A DNA stretch of 64,000 bases, taken from Candidatus Dojkabacteria bacterium (GTDB lineage: Bacteria > Patescibacteriota > Dojkabacteria > SC72). Of the stretch, positions 36,027-46,318 are shown in pieces. How positions within the stretch are numbered: position 1 is the first letter of the stretch; each line of letters starts with the position of its first letter. The translations under genes and the position numbers were made by a program. The DNA lies in contig JACPFP010000002.1 of the NCBI GenBank assembly GCA_016182915.1, forward strand, positions 230,244-294,243, read 5' to 3'. The notes beneath the pieces are model-generated. The model searched no databases and was not told where the DNA came from. It saw nothing but the letters and a program-made list of their open reading frames with translations.

Positions 36027-36350
36027 TTAGTTTCCTATGAAGTCCAGAACTCCTTTTAGAATTGCTCTGAAAAGGAAGAGAAATACCAAACCAACAATTG
36101 CCCATGTTAGAGTTCCTTGAGCCTGTTTTAATTTTCCAGGATCACCAGACGATAGCATCCACATATATCCACCGTACACAATCATGATTAAAGAGATTAG
36201 GCCACCAATTGGAAGGATAAGCTCGGAAACACTATCAACAATCCCACCAATCTCCTCTAATCTTGGAGGAGCGGCAGCAAGTACCTTTCGGGGAAGAAGA
36301 GCCATTACAGCCAGAGAGAGAGAGGTTAATGCGGTTTTAATTTTTTTCAT
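36027..36350 (-). CDS. TrbC/VirB2-like pilin
   Basis: YGGYMWMLSSGDPGKLKQAQGTLTWAIVG. Confidence 0.85.
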   Translation of the reverse strand: MKKIKTALTSLSLAVMALLPRKVLAAAPPRLEEIGGIVDSVSELILPIGGLISLIMIVYGGYMWMLSSGDPGKLKQAQGTLTWAIVGLVFLFLFRAILKGVLDFIGN

Positions 36351-36352
36351 AT

Positions 36353-36625
36353 TTATAGTTTTCCTAGTACATTATCTAATATAAATCTGACAATTAGAGG
36401 AGAGATAAAGACAACTATCAAACCTACCAAAGTATAAATAATACTTTTTTGGGCCTTCTCTGCCTTTCCACTATCCCCTGCTGAAAGTATATACTGAAAA
36501 CCTGAAAAAACCAATGAACCAACTGCAATGAGAGCCGAAATAGCAATAATGAGATTAATGGTACCTTGAACCATTTCTATGAGAGAGCTATAACCTGTAC
36601 TATTTATAATAGATATATCGAACAT
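36353..36625 (-). CDS. TrbC/VirB2-like pilin
   Basis: SGFQYILSAGDSGKAEKAQKSIIYTLVG. Confidence 0.85.
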   Translation of the reverse strand: MFDISIINSTGYSSLIEMVQGTINLIIAISALIAVGSLVFSGFQYILSAGDSGKAEKAQKSIIYTLVGLIVVFISPLIVRFILDNVLGKL

Positions 36626-36642
36626 AAGGTACGAGATAATAT

Positions 36643-36670
36643 AAAAAAGGCAGGAGCGAACTCCTGCCTT
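36643..36670 (-). terminator. Intrinsic terminator after pilin 36683-37051
   Basis: AAGGCAGGAG-TTCG-CTCCTGCC followed by TTTTTT. Confidence 0.9.
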
Positions 36671-36682
36671 CCAAAGTCTTAA

Positions 36683-37051
36683 TTAAGCTTTCAAAAGCTC
36701 CTTAAGGACGAAGTTTACAATCAATACTGATATGAAACAAATAACCAAACCAATGATTGCATAAGTAATACCTTTTGTAGCTTTCTCAATCTTTCCATCA
36801 TCACCAGATGCAACGATATACTGGATACCACTGTATACAAGAACACCAACAGAGATAAGTGCGGCAAGAGCAATAATCAAGTTCAATGCATTCTGAATGA
36901 ATCCGATTAAATTTCCACCACTGGTAGAACCATTAACTCCCCCGATAAAATCACCTGCACTAGCTGCAAGAGTGGCTGAAGCAAAATACAAAGCAGATCC
37001 AAGTGATGCTGCGTATGTCCCGACCTTCGCGATTACATTACTAACTTTCAT
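36683..37051 (-). CDS. TrbC/VirB2-like pilin (probable major pilin)
   Basis: SGIQYIVASGDDGKIEKATKGITYAIIG; has its own promoter and terminator. Confidence 0.87.
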   Translation of the reverse strand: MKVSNVIAKVGTYAASLGSALYFASATLAASAGDFIGGVNGSTSGGNLIGFIQNALNLIIALAALISVGVLVYSGIQYIVASGDDGKIEKATKGITYAIIGLVICFISVLIVNFVLKELLKA

Positions 37052-37094
37052 TGTTATTTAAGAGTAATTAAATTAATAGCTTATAACTACGGAC

Positions 37095-37123
37095 ATTATA
37101 TTATATGTGAAATCAATCTGCAA
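37095..37123 (-). promoter_or_regulatory. Promoter of the probable major pilin
   Basis: TTGCAG, 17-nt spacer, TATAAT. Confidence 0.65.
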
Positions 37124-37142
37124 TAGGATAAACACCAAATAT

Positions 37143-37478
37143 CTATCTTAAGAACTCAGTAATTAAGAACATTACAATCATGCGTGCTAAAAAGACTATT
37201 ATCATTCCAACAATTGAATTAGTTATAATACTTTGCGCCTGTTCTATCTTATCTCCGTCTCCTGCAGCGGTAATCATTGTAATACCTCCATATACAAGTA
37301 AAGCAACTAGAACCAACGCAGACAGGTTTACAGCACCATTAACGAGTTCAGTAGCCTTACCAACGGCTCCCCCAACAGTAGTAAAGGAATCACTTCCCCA
37401 AGGATTGGAAATTCCAAACCAGCTCGCAAACATATATCCTTTTTCTTTAACCTTCTCACTAATCTTTTTTAGATTCAT
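37143..37478 (-). CDS. TrbC/VirB2-like pilin
   Basis: YGGITMITAAGDGDKIEQAQSIITNSIVG. Confidence 0.85.
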   Translation of the reverse strand: MNLKKISEKVKEKGYMFASWFGISNPWGSDSFTTVGGAVGKATELVNGAVNLSALVLVALLVYGGITMITAAGDGDKIEQAQSIITNSIVGMIIVFLARMIVMFLITEFLR

Positions 37479-37496
37479 ATGTATTTATAAAATAGT

Positions 37497-37850
37497 TTAA
37501 GGATTTATCCCAGGGATATTTAACGTGTTCTTTATAAGAAGCAAGATAGCAACAGAAAGAGCAATTAACGCAAACCCTATCACTGCGTTAGTAACCACCT
37601 CCCTAGCCTCTTGCAATTTTTCTGGGTCGCCTTGGCTTGTAATCATGTTATAGCCAGCATAAGCAAAAAGTCCAATTGCGCTTAATACACCAACAGGGAT
37701 AGATAATTGGACAAGCGCATTTACTAGTGAAGGGATATCCTGTGAGTTAACTACATCAGTTACATTACCAGATATCGCATTACTCAAAGCATCTGCATAT
37801 GCTGGAGTTGAAATTGCATGAAAGAATTTTTCTAAAAGACTCTGTATCAT
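37497..37850 (-). CDS. TrbC/VirB2-like pilin
   Basis: YAGYNMITSQGDPEKLQEAREVVTNAVIG. Confidence 0.85.
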   Translation of the reverse strand: MIQSLLEKFFHAISTPAYADALSNAISGNVTDVVNSQDIPSLVNALVQLSIPVGVLSAIGLFAYAGYNMITSQGDPEKLQEAREVVTNAVIGFALIALSVAILLLIKNTLNIPGINP

Positions 37851-37868
37851 ATATGTTGGAATTATACA

Positions 37869-40856
37869 CTACAAAATAGCCTCTTCACAAACGTCTTGAT
37901 AGTTGCAATACATACAGTTGTGGGAACGAGGGATTGTGAAATCACCAGCTCTAATTTTCCCTACGATATTCTCTATCTTCTTAATAACATTCTTTTTTCT
38001 CCTATCTGTTACACTAATCTCTACCTTTTTACTATGCTCAACATAGATATACGAGGCTTTATCAACCTTAACACCCCACAAAGCTTCTGCCACGAGAGCG
38101 TAGAATACTAACTGCCACTGAGTATTAGCGTCCTTCTGAGACTTTGCCTTCCCTGTCTTGTAATCAATAATCTCCACATGTTTAACTCCGTCCTTAATCC
38201 CAAGAAGGTCCACCCTATCGACCTTTCCTAATACTCTAAAATCACTCATAGAGTACTTAAACGATTTTTCAAGAAATAGAGTTCTCTCTGTTCCCGTATG
38301 AAAGCTTTCAAAGTACCTCTCTAAAGCCTTCTTTCCAAACTCAAACCTCTTCTTCTCATGAGCCTTCGATTCATAGCCCTCAGGTTGCCAGAATGTTTCA
38401 TAAAGGTCCAGCAAGTCCTTCTTTCCAGGCTTATCTACAAATCCTTCAAGCCCTTCATTTGCAACAGCAAGCTTCTCATAGAAAGTTCTGAGTACATTAT
38501 GAACCGTGTTACCAAATGAAAGAGCTGCGTTTGTTGGGAGAGGAATTTTTAATACGTAGCTATACTTATACTGACGAGGACACATCTCATATGAAGCGAT
38601 TTGGGAGTAACTAAATTGATTCTTAAGCTCTACCCCCACCTTTTTGTAATCTATGATATCCGAGTTATCTAACCTCTGGAAAACCTGGAAGTCAACGGAA
38701 TCTTCTGTATCCTTAATACTCTTTAGGTCTTCATTTACATCTCTTCCCAAAACCTCATTCAAAAATCCACTTACCTTTCTAATCCGGCCAGCCCCGCTAT
38801 ACGACTTAGCCACACTCAAGAAAAGTTTCTCCTTTGCCCTCGTAACACCTACATAGAAAAGCCTCCTCTCCTCGTGTAAGTGTTCATTTACCTCTTCACC
38901 ACTTGGTAGGACCTCTTTTATCAGGTCGTTGGGTATAGCAAGTTTGTCATACTTCGCCCTGGTTGGAAATCTATCCTCAACGAGGTTAACAATGAAAACG
39001 ACAGGAAACTCTAAACCCTTAGATCCATGTACTGTTGAAATATTAACACCTTCAAAATCAGCGACTGCTTCACCATTTGTACTAGGGTTCTCCCCAATTT
39101 CAAGACTGTAGTCTAAATAATCAAGATACTCATAGATGGTTGCTCCGACATTGCTTTTTTCAAATTCCTTAAGCATCTCAAAATACTTCCTAATATTCTC
39201 AACTTTGAAGATATCTTTCTGATTATCTTCTTTGATAATATTGTCTTTCCAACCGCTTTTATCGAAAAATTCGTAGAGAATATGACCCACACCTTTACCC
39301 TCTTTAACCAACTCGAACCCTCTTCTCAGAAGTTTAACAATATTACTTATCGCTGTTAATGCCGTATTATTGAGTCTCTTCTTTAGTTGAGAAACTTCCT
39401 CTTCCTTCTCAACTATCTTCTCAAAAAGTTCAAATAGAGGTATATGAGTCTTCCTGGAATACCTCATCAGTTCAACCACCTCTCGTGCTTCGAAGCCCCA
39501 AACCTTCATACTTAAGATATTAAACATAGAAACCCCATGGTCGTAGTCTGAAAGAAGCCTTAGATATGAAATTAGAACTTTAATCTCATCAGTATTGTAT
39601 AATCCCTTCGCGCCTCCAAATCTGTATGGAATTCCCCTGTACCTAAGGGCCTGAATAAAGTCCTCGCTCTGAGTATGAGCTCTAACAAGGATAGCCATAT
39701 CGGAGTATGTATACTTCTTTTCAACCTCTACCATCTCACTTATAAGTTTTGCAATCTGATCTGCTTCATTTGATCCGGTATTTGAGAGGATTAGTTTAAC
39801 CGCATCTTTTTCGTCTTTCTCGTAATCAGCCCTTGCAATCAGCCGCTTACTCGTTTGCTCCGTTACCTCAAGTCTATACGGATTATTGTTCTGTATTAGC
39901 CTGTATGCACAATCTAGTATCTCCTGTTTAGAGCGGTAGTTTTCAGTCAGAACAATTCGCTTTGCGGTTGAGTACACATCTTTAAACTGGATTATGTTTG
40001 AGATAGCTGCGCCACGAAACTTATAGATGGATTGATCATCATCCCCAACCACTGTAATATTCGCCGATTTACTCTCTTTCTCACTAATATCTTTCGGATC
40101 TTTACCTGTTGCCAGCATGTTCACAAGTACGTTCTGGGTATAGTTTGTATCCTGATACTCGTCTACAAGGATATATTTAAATTTCTCATGATACTTCTTA
40201 AGGATATTAGGTCTGTCTCTAAAAAGTTTGATTACAGTATTTATTAGATCTCCAAAGTCCAATCGAGATTCCTTTAATTTTAACTCTGTGAAGAATTTGT
40301 ATGCGTTAGCTAGTTCAACCATCTGTTTTTTATCCAATCCTTTTGTATCATCATCTTCCTTAATCCCATTTGCATACTTGATATAGTCCTCCGGGGTTAC
40401 ATCCTCATCTTGAAGTCTGGAAAAGTGGCTGAGGATTTGGGATATAAAACCGCTTGGGTTGCCAAGGGGGCGGAAAATATCTAATGGCATCTCGAATATA
40501 TGTTTACGAAAGAGCATATATGCTTCAACCTCAGTCATTAGTTTGTAGTTGGGATTGAGTCCAAGAAAAATACTCTCCTGTCTTAGAATCCTATCGCAAA
40601 AGGAGTGGAAGGTTGATATCCACACCTCTTCGTATCCGTATGGCATAGCCACATCTACTCTTTCTAGCATCTCTTTTGATGCCTTTTCAGTGAATGTTAG
40701 GGCCAATATCTCAGATGGTTTAGCCCATCCTTTGTTTACAATATTGAGTATTCTCTGGGTTATAACTGCTGTCTTTCCCGTGCCGGCTCCAGCAATTATA
40801 AGAAGTGGCCCAGATTTATGATTAACGGCTTCAAGTTGAGATTTATTAAGATCCAT
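37869..40856 (-). CDS. UvrD/PcrA-family helicase fused to a PD-(D/E)XK nuclease (AdnB/AddA-like)
   Basis: AGAGTGKT, VDEYQD, TVHGSKGLEF, YVGVTRAK; C-terminal GKVDRVD, IIDYKTG and four Cys. Confidence 0.9.
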   Translation of the reverse strand: MDLNKSQLEAVNHKSGPLLIIAGAGTGKTAVITQRILNIVNKGWAKPSEILALTFTEKASKEMLERVDVAMPYGYEEVWISTFHSFCDRILRQESIFLGLNPNYKLMTEVEAYMLFRKHIFEMPLDIFRPLGNPSGFISQILSHFSRLQDEDVTPEDYIKYANGIKEDDDTKGLDKKQMVELANAYKFFTELKLKESRLDFGDLINTVIKLFRDRPNILKKYHEKFKYILVDEYQDTNYTQNVLVNMLATGKDPKDISEKESKSANITVVGDDDQSIYKFRGAAISNIIQFKDVYSTAKRIVLTENYRSKQEILDCAYRLIQNNNPYRLEVTEQTSKRLIARADYEKDEKDAVKLILSNTGSNEADQIAKLISEMVEVEKKYTYSDMAILVRAHTQSEDFIQALRYRGIPYRFGGAKGLYNTDEIKVLISYLRLLSDYDHGVSMFNILSMKVWGFEAREVVELMRYSRKTHIPLFELFEKIVEKEEEVSQLKKRLNNTALTAISNIVKLLRRGFELVKEGKGVGHILYEFFDKSGWKDNIIKEDNQKDIFKVENIRKYFEMLKEFEKSNVGATIYEYLDYLDYSLEIGENPSTNGEAVADFEGVNISTVHGSKGLEFPVVFIVNLVEDRFPTRAKYDKLAIPNDLIKEVLPSGEEVNEHLHEERRLFYVGVTRAKEKLFLSVAKSYSGAGRIRKVSGFLNEVLGRDVNEDLKSIKDTEDSVDFQVFQRLDNSDIIDYKKVGVELKNQFSYSQIASYEMCPRQYKYSYVLKIPLPTNAALSFGNTVHNVLRTFYEKLAVANEGLEGFVDKPGKKDLLDLYETFWQPEGYESKAHEKKRFEFGKKALERYFESFHTGTERTLFLEKSFKYSMSDFRVLGKVDRVDLLGIKDGVKHVEIIDYKTGKAKSQKDANTQWQLVFYALVAEALWGVKVDKASYIYVEHSKKVEISVTDRRKKNVIKKIENIVGKIRAGDFTIPRSHNCMYCNYQDVCEEAIL

Positions 40857-40887
40857 GCCCCATTATACAACAGTGTGAATATGAGGA

Positions 40888-41190
40888 CTATTTAACAATA
40901 CTGTTTAACCAACTTTCAAAATCGCTGTTTATTTTATCTACCCCTAACTGACCTATAAAGTTATCATAGTTGATTTCGCGTTTAATGACATCTTTAACCG
41001 CGTCGTACTTACCTTCCTTAGTCTTTACAATTAGAACCACTTCAGGTTCTTCAGTGACCTTTCCTTCATATTTATATATACATGTAATTGGAAAAAAATT
41101 AACACAGTTCGCGAGGTTTAAATCTAGAAGCTTCATACCGATTCTTTTGGCTTCGTCATTATTATTTAAAGTAATGTATATAATATTCAT
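40888..41190 (-). CDS. cutA: Divalent-cation tolerance protein CutA
   Basis: LANCVNFFPITCIYKYEG...EVVLIVKT. Confidence 0.85.
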   Translation of the reverse strand: MNIIYITLNNNDEAKRIGMKLLDLNLANCVNFFPITCIYKYEGKVTEEPEVVLIVKTKEGKYDAVKDVIKREINYDNFIGQLGVDKINSDFESWLNSIVK

Positions 41191-41244
41191 GGATATTTCC
41201 GATTAAATTAGCAATTAATATTAGCTTGAACTTCACCTGCGAGT

Positions 41245-41547
41245 CTAGTACTCACTTTTATAGACCTTACTTCCTCCTGAGTGACCACCGATAGTTAAAA
41301 CGATTATCATTTTAGATTTTCCACTAAAGTTCCATAGTATGCGGAGATCCCCCGTAACTTTGGACGCATACACAATACCGAAAAGATGTGAGTTTACTTT
41401 ATGTGTGTTAAGAGACTCTGCAAATGGATCCAGGGATAGTATTTCAATAACTTTCTTAACTTTAATTACTAAATGAGAGTTTCCTTTAGATACCTTATGA
41501 AGTTTTCTAACATAATATGTAGTTTGATCAATGTGGTATCTATTCAT
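41245..41547 (-). CDS. RelE/YafQ-superfamily toxin
   Basis: DPFAESLNTHKV...VTGDLRILW...IGGHS; basic protein; overlaps the upstream acidic partner. Confidence 0.75.
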   Translation of the reverse strand: MNRYHIDQTTYYVRKLHKVSKGNSHLVIKVKKVIEILSLDPFAESLNTHKVNSHLFGIVYASKVTGDLRILWNFSGKSKMIIVLTIGGHSGGSKVYKSEY

Positions 41548-41824
41548 CCTTTTTTACACTATCAGCAAGATTCAGATAGAAATCGTCAATATCTTTTTTA
41601 GTTTTAAGTGTTATATAGTTTCCCTTCCTATAATCCTCAAGTGCTTTCCCTACCTCCTTCTCTGTCTCCTCATCCAGGATCTCATACTCATCCGTCTCTA
41701 TATCCTTAATCGCCAGATGTCTAAGGTACTCAGCAAAGGAAACCCCAAATCTTTTAGCCTTGCCTTCAATTAATTTCGCAAGTCTACCTGGGAAAACCAT
41801 CTGTTTTACAATTTTATCCTGCAT
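41540..41824 (-). CDS. Putative antitoxin (RHH-like N-terminus, acidic C-terminus)
   Basis: KAKRFGVSFAEYLRHL; acidic tail; lies directly upstream of the toxin. Confidence 0.7.
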   Translation of the reverse strand: MQDKIVKQMVFPGRLAKLIEGKAKRFGVSFAEYLRHLAIKDIETDEYEILDEETEKEVGKALEDYRKGNYITLKTKKDIDDFYLNLADSVKKDE

Positions 41825-41979
41825 ACCCATTAGTATATTCATAATAGTTTATTACTATATTATATAGATACTAAATCACAGGTTCAATACACACGTACTA
41901 TAGATATTGTACCAGAGGATAATTACAAAATTATAACAAAAGATGAGATTTACTATACTAAGCAAACATATTCCAGGAT

Positions 41980-42681
41980 TTAATACCCCTCGGCTATTCC
42001 ATCATTTTCAACATAGATGAGTGGAGGAACCTCCATTGATTCAGGGAGTACAAGGTCGTCGTATAAATCCTCTTTCATAGCCTCATCCTTTGTTAGCCAG
42101 AAGTTCTCTTGAACATCTGTTTTGGATATAAAACTACCTTCAAAATCCATAACAAGAAATGTAAAGAACATCACATCCTGTATATACTCTCCATCCTCTC
42201 TCCTTCTCATCTTTCTATATACTTTTTCAAGCTGGAATGATTTTGCAGTTAAACCTGTCTCCTCGAATAGCTCTCTTTTTGCCGTATCCTCAAGGCTCTC
42301 ACCAAATCTGATTTTCCCTGTAAGTCTCCCAACCTTACCAAGATATGGTTGTATCAACCTCTTTGAAAGCAGAAATTCTATTTTCCCCTCTTTATTCTTC
42401 CTCACGCATCTTAGAACAACCCCGACCTTCGGCTGCCTTTCAACAATCTCCATTGAGTCATCCAACCTGTTCATATACTCCTTCCCCAGGTCTGTTAGTG
42501 TATACAGGGTTTCAACCTTGTGAACGAAACCAAAGCTTACAATCTGTTTGAGATGGTAGTTAACGTGTTCACTCTCAAGTCCCTCAATAATCAGTTGGTT
42601 AAATTTCAACCCTTTACTTCTAACTAACTTCTTAAGTATCTCTATCTGATATCTGTGTAGTTTGATGTTTATATCGCCCAT
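41980..42681 (-). CDS. Winged-HTH plus NUDIX hydrolase
   Basis: NYHLKQIVSFGFV; GKIRFGESLEDTAKRELFEETG. Confidence 0.85.
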   Translation of the reverse strand: MGDINIKLHRYQIEILKKLVRSKGLKFNQLIIEGLESEHVNYHLKQIVSFGFVHKVETLYTLTDLGKEYMNRLDDSMEIVERQPKVGVVLRCVRKNKEGKIEFLLSKRLIQPYLGKVGRLTGKIRFGESLEDTAKRELFEETGLTAKSFQLEKVYRKMRRREDGEYIQDVMFFTFLVMDFEGSFISKTDVQENFWLTKDEAMKEDLYDDLVLPESMEVPPLIYVENDGIAEGY

Positions 42682-42847
42682 TTATATTAAAGGTTATATT
42701 TTAATATCTAATTATCTTTATATATCACTGGGCAATCAAGTGAAAAAGTTTTTAGTAGTACCTTTACCCTATTATACAGAATTAAATGTACTGACAAAGC
42801 GTAACTATAGGGTGTATAATTCTTACACTAATATCAGAAATATAAAT

Positions 42848-43360
42848 ATGACTCAGGCACCTATTCCCGCAACAGAGCTTTCTTTAGAAAAGAGACTCTC
42901 TATAGCAGAAAGTACTATCAACTCTATGATCGAAAGTAAAATATGGGGAGAGTTTGGAGATTTATTTCTTCCTAAATACCTTGAAGGAATGAATGACCCT
43001 AGAAATACAGTAACCGAAAGCTGGAATAATCCATACTCTTTAGGATTCCTTACCAGAATTGCACTTGTAAAAGGCAACACTATGGAATTTGATCCAATCG
43101 AAGCTAGGATGATGCTTGAGGAACCGTTCAAAACCTCAATTAAACTTCTCGAAAAGGCATTGGTACTAGAAGGAGCTCTCTCTGTTGAAGATTACCTAAT
43201 CTTATATTCTGACATGGGCGAAGAGGGCAACATTCCAATGTTATATGAAGATTTCCTTACAATTAGAGATTGCCGAACAGAAGCGACTTCAATACCCTTA
43301 AGCAACCCATATGTAACCGCCAATACTCCAGTGAAGACAGAGAAGCGGTTTCCTTTTTAA
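42848..43360 (+). CDS. Hypothetical protein
   Basis: ATG at 42848 downstream of a TGTATAAT promoter element. Confidence 0.6.
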   Translation: MTQAPIPATELSLEKRLSIAESTINSMIESKIWGEFGDLFLPKYLEGMNDPRNTVTESWNNPYSLGFLTRIALVKGNTMEFDPIEARMMLEEPFKTSIKLLEKALVLEGALSVEDYLILYSDMGEEGNIPMLYEDFLTIRDCRTEATSIPLSNPYVTANTPVKTEKRFPF

Positions 43361-44217
43361 AGAAGATAGCTCTTTAAGGTAGCAATCTCTTCTCCCATTG
43401 TAGTATCAGATTTTAAAGCTGGGGTCTCTAGAATGAAAGGGATATCCTTAAGTTTAGGATGGTTTATAAGAGCCCTCATGGCTTCTTCCCCTATCTTCCC
43501 CTTCCCAATGTTCTCATGCCTATCTCTATGTGAGTTAAATGCCATCATAGAGTCATTTAAGTGAAAACATTTAATGTTTTCCAATCCAAGGATACTATCC
43601 ACTTTTTTAACAATACCCTCTAAATCTGTAGTCCAATCATATCCAGAAACAAACATATGTTGAGTATCAAGAACATATCCAACCCTCTTCTTATCCTCAA
43701 CCCCATCTCTCATCGCAGCAAGTTCCTCTAATGTATCACCCATAATTGCTCCTGCTCCCGCTGATGATTCTAGAAGAAGCATCGAGTTGCCTGGAACCTG
43801 TTCTAGTATCCAGTTAAGGCCGTACGAAATTCTTTTTATACCCTCTTCAGGGGTTAAATCCTTCGCAGAACCTGGGTGAAAGGTTACACCTAGTACGTCA
43901 AGATCCTCACACCTTTTCATAACTTCCTCAGCATACTTAAGGTATGTAACAAGGGACATCTTACCTAGATGGAACATCTGCTTATCCTGCCTTGCCAGGT
44001 TTATAAGGTAGATGCAGTGCATAAGAAGTTTCTTCACCCCACTACCCTTCTGCTCTTTTGCAAAAGCCTCTACCTGCTCCATAGGAACATCCTTAAGTGC
44101 CCATCTCATTGGAGCCGTTGGCATTGTCTGAATGCTGTTAATACCATATTTAACGGCCTGCTTTATTGCGTTCTCATGTCCTCCTGCTGATGTAACGTGT
44201 GCACCAAAATATCTCAT
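43357..44217 (-). CDS. nfo: Endonuclease IV
   Basis: GAHV, HCIYLINLA, FHPGS, LDTQH, HLNDS, DRHENIG, ILETP. Confidence 0.95.
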   Translation of the reverse strand: MRYFGAHVTSAGGHENAIKQAVKYGINSIQTMPTAPMRWALKDVPMEQVEAFAKEQKGSGVKKLLMHCIYLINLARQDKQMFHLGKMSLVTYLKYAEEVMKRCEDLDVLGVTFHPGSAKDLTPEEGIKRISYGLNWILEQVPGNSMLLLESSAGAGAIMGDTLEELAAMRDGVEDKKRVGYVLDTQHMFVSGYDWTTDLEGIVKKVDSILGLENIKCFHLNDSMMAFNSHRDRHENIGKGKIGEEAMRALINHPKLKDIPFILETPALKSDTTMGEEIATLKSYLL

Positions 44218-44221
44218 CTTT

Positions 44222-44797
44222 CTATGTTTTCAATTTAGATATAAATGAAATCAAATAATCTGACGGGTGTAACTTTCTATGCCAGAAGATTATATTCATT
44301 GTATTAATCTTAAAAGCTAGCCCTAAAAGAGGAAACTTTTCAGCGTGAAAACTCCTATTTAGTCTATCACTACTCATTGCTTCTATATTGTCTGCTTCAA
44401 TGAGGATTTGAATTAAAGGTGCATATGTTTTGGAAAAAAGGAAGTATAGAAGAAAATGGTTGTGGTAACGGACCGCAGCACAGAGGGAATCGAGTCGTTT
44501 AGGAGATAGGTAGCTCTTAAGTTCATTTCTCACAATCTTTTCTGACTCATACCCTTCTAAAAAGAAGGCTCTAAGGGTAGTTTTCTTCATTCTAGCCTTA
44601 TATGTATCATGCCACCATGAAGCAAGTGAAACCAGTTTCACATCAGTATCATCGTGTATAAGACCTTTCTCCTTCATCTCTTTGAATATCTCTAAAGCAT
44701 GCTTCTCTACGTTCTCTGCATGTTCGTAATCATGTCCCCTATTTATGGAGTTTTTCATCCATATCTTTCCAAGTTCAATTGCTTCATTCTCCTTCAT
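44222..44797 (-). CDS. HD-domain phosphohydrolase
   Basis: GHDYEHAENV, WWHD, YHNH, EADN. Confidence 0.8.
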   Translation of the reverse strand: MKENEAIELGKIWMKNSINRGHDYEHAENVEKHALEIFKEMKEKGLIHDDTDVKLVSLASWWHDTYKARMKKTTLRAFFLEGYESEKIVRNELKSYLSPKRLDSLCAAVRYHNHFLLYFLFSKTYAPLIQILIEADNIEAMSSDRLNRSFHAEKFPLLGLAFKINTMNIIFWHRKLHPSDYLISFISKLKT

Positions 44798-44859
44798 AGT
44801 AAATAATATCATTATAATGTTGATAATAAAATCCATTGTAGATATAATTCTTTCAGTAT

Positions 44860-44951
<92 letters not shown>

Positions 44952-44982
44952 TATATTCACGGTAGCGACAAGACCAAAACCA

Positions 44983-45657
44983 CTAAGTAAGATTCTGCTT
45001 ATATTCTTCAATATTCTGAGGAAGATTTTTAACACTTTTGCCCTTCAAATACTCTTTTAGAGTATTTCCAAACCTATCATTAATCCAATAATCGGGTATA
45101 TATAAAGAACATATCCAATCAACTAATTGTTCCGTTTCGTCATGGGACAGTTTATATTTACTCACAATCTCTTCACCAATTCCAATATGTACCATTTCAT
45201 GGATTAATGCTGTAGAAGCATTTCTAACAAGAGTATCGCCGACATCATCTATAACTAGCAAAATGGATCCCGTCTTTTCATTACAGTTTCCACCTACTCC
45301 GTACTTTGTAATGCTGATTTCATAAGTTGGAAATATTTTGAATCCCCAATTCAAACAATCAGAAACTATTTTTGAAAAAGCAGGATAAACATTTTTTATT
45401 TCATTCTCGAGTTTATTCTCACCTAAGTTATATGATATTGGGTTGTATATTTCATTTGAAAAAATAGAGGAAAGTTTATTTTTAATTCCTTTGGGAAAAC
45501 TTGGCGACATTACAGCAACTTCCATAAAGCGAACATCTTTAGGTAATATTGGATAATAACCATGTTCTCGATAGAAAGGCAGGCGAGAAATAACATTCCA
45601 AAGGTTAGAATACTCGATCTCTGGAGAAGTCGGCTTAATTTTAAGTTCAAATATCAT
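44983..45657 (-). CDS. Hypothetical HExxH protein (possible zincin)
   Basis: LIHEMVHIG followed by ETEQLVD; flanked by tRNA-end direct repeats. Confidence 0.6.
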   Translation of the reverse strand: MIFELKIKPTSPEIEYSNLWNVISRLPFYREHGYYPILPKDVRFMEVAVMSPSFPKGIKNKLSSIFSNEIYNPISYNLGENKLENEIKNVYPAFSKIVSDCLNWGFKIFPTYEISITKYGVGGNCNEKTGSILLVIDDVGDTLVRNASTALIHEMVHIGIGEEIVSKYKLSHDETEQLVDWICSLYIPDYWINDRFGNTLKEYLKGKSVKNLPQNIEEYKQNLT

Positions 45658-45723
45658 ATCTTGATTATACACCTTTATACGGTCTCTTTTGTCTCACCTT
45701 AAGTATAATAATGTTGGGATATT

Positions 45724-45771
45724 GGGTTCAAGACCCGTATGTTCCGCCATATGTTCACGGTAGCGACAAGA
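45724..45771 (+). repeat. Degenerate copy of the tRNA-Ser 3' end plus trailer (att-like)
   Basis: 39/48 identical to 44926-44973; the last 29 nt match 28/29. Confidence 0.85.
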
Positions 45772-45840
45772 ATACTCCCTCCGTTGTATAATGACCACAG
45801 ATTATTACTTCTAACCTCAATTAGAGATAACATTAACAAA

Positions 45841-46287
45841 ATGTATAGACTAGCAAAAGGAAAAGCATTTTTAATCGCAGTTAAAGCTCTCATAACCAAT
45901 TCAAAAGATGAATTATTATTATTAAAAGTACATACAGGGCTACGCGACTCAGAGAAGTGGGATTTACCAGGAGGGCTAATGGAATTCGAAGATACTGTCA
46001 AAAGCAGAGTGAAACAGGAAGTCTTTGAAGAAACCGGACTTACTCTAGATAATTGGAAGTTAGCCAATGTTTCAGAAACTATATTTGAGAACTTCAAGTT
46101 TGAAGAGGATGATGTAAGAGATGTAAGGGTTGTTGTAATAGGATTTACAACAAAATTAGAAGATGAAGACATTCAAATTAATCTTTCTGAGGAACATGAG
46201 GATTATATTTGGTGTGATAGAAAGCAACTAAAGGAATATATACTTTCTAAACCAACCAAAGCGATAATAGGCGAAGAGCCTACCTAG
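45841..46287 (+). CDS. NUDIX hydrolase
   Basis: WDLPGG...QEVFEETGL, LSEEHEDYIW. Confidence 0.85.
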   Translation: MYRLAKGKAFLIAVKALITNSKDELLLLKVHTGLRDSEKWDLPGGLMEFEDTVKSRVKQEVFEETGLTLDNWKLANVSETIFENFKFEEDDVRDVRVVVIGFTTKLEDEDIQINLSEEHEDYIWCDRKQLKEYILSKPTKAIIGEEPT

Positions 46288-46318
46288 ATAGAGGTATCTC
46301 ACCCTCAAAACATCCAAC

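Noticed and set aside
42765-42781. 17-bp identity TACCCTATTATACAGAA with 36002-36018
   Set aside because: It is largely the extended -10 promoter motif in AT-rich DNA, so chance or convergence is likely
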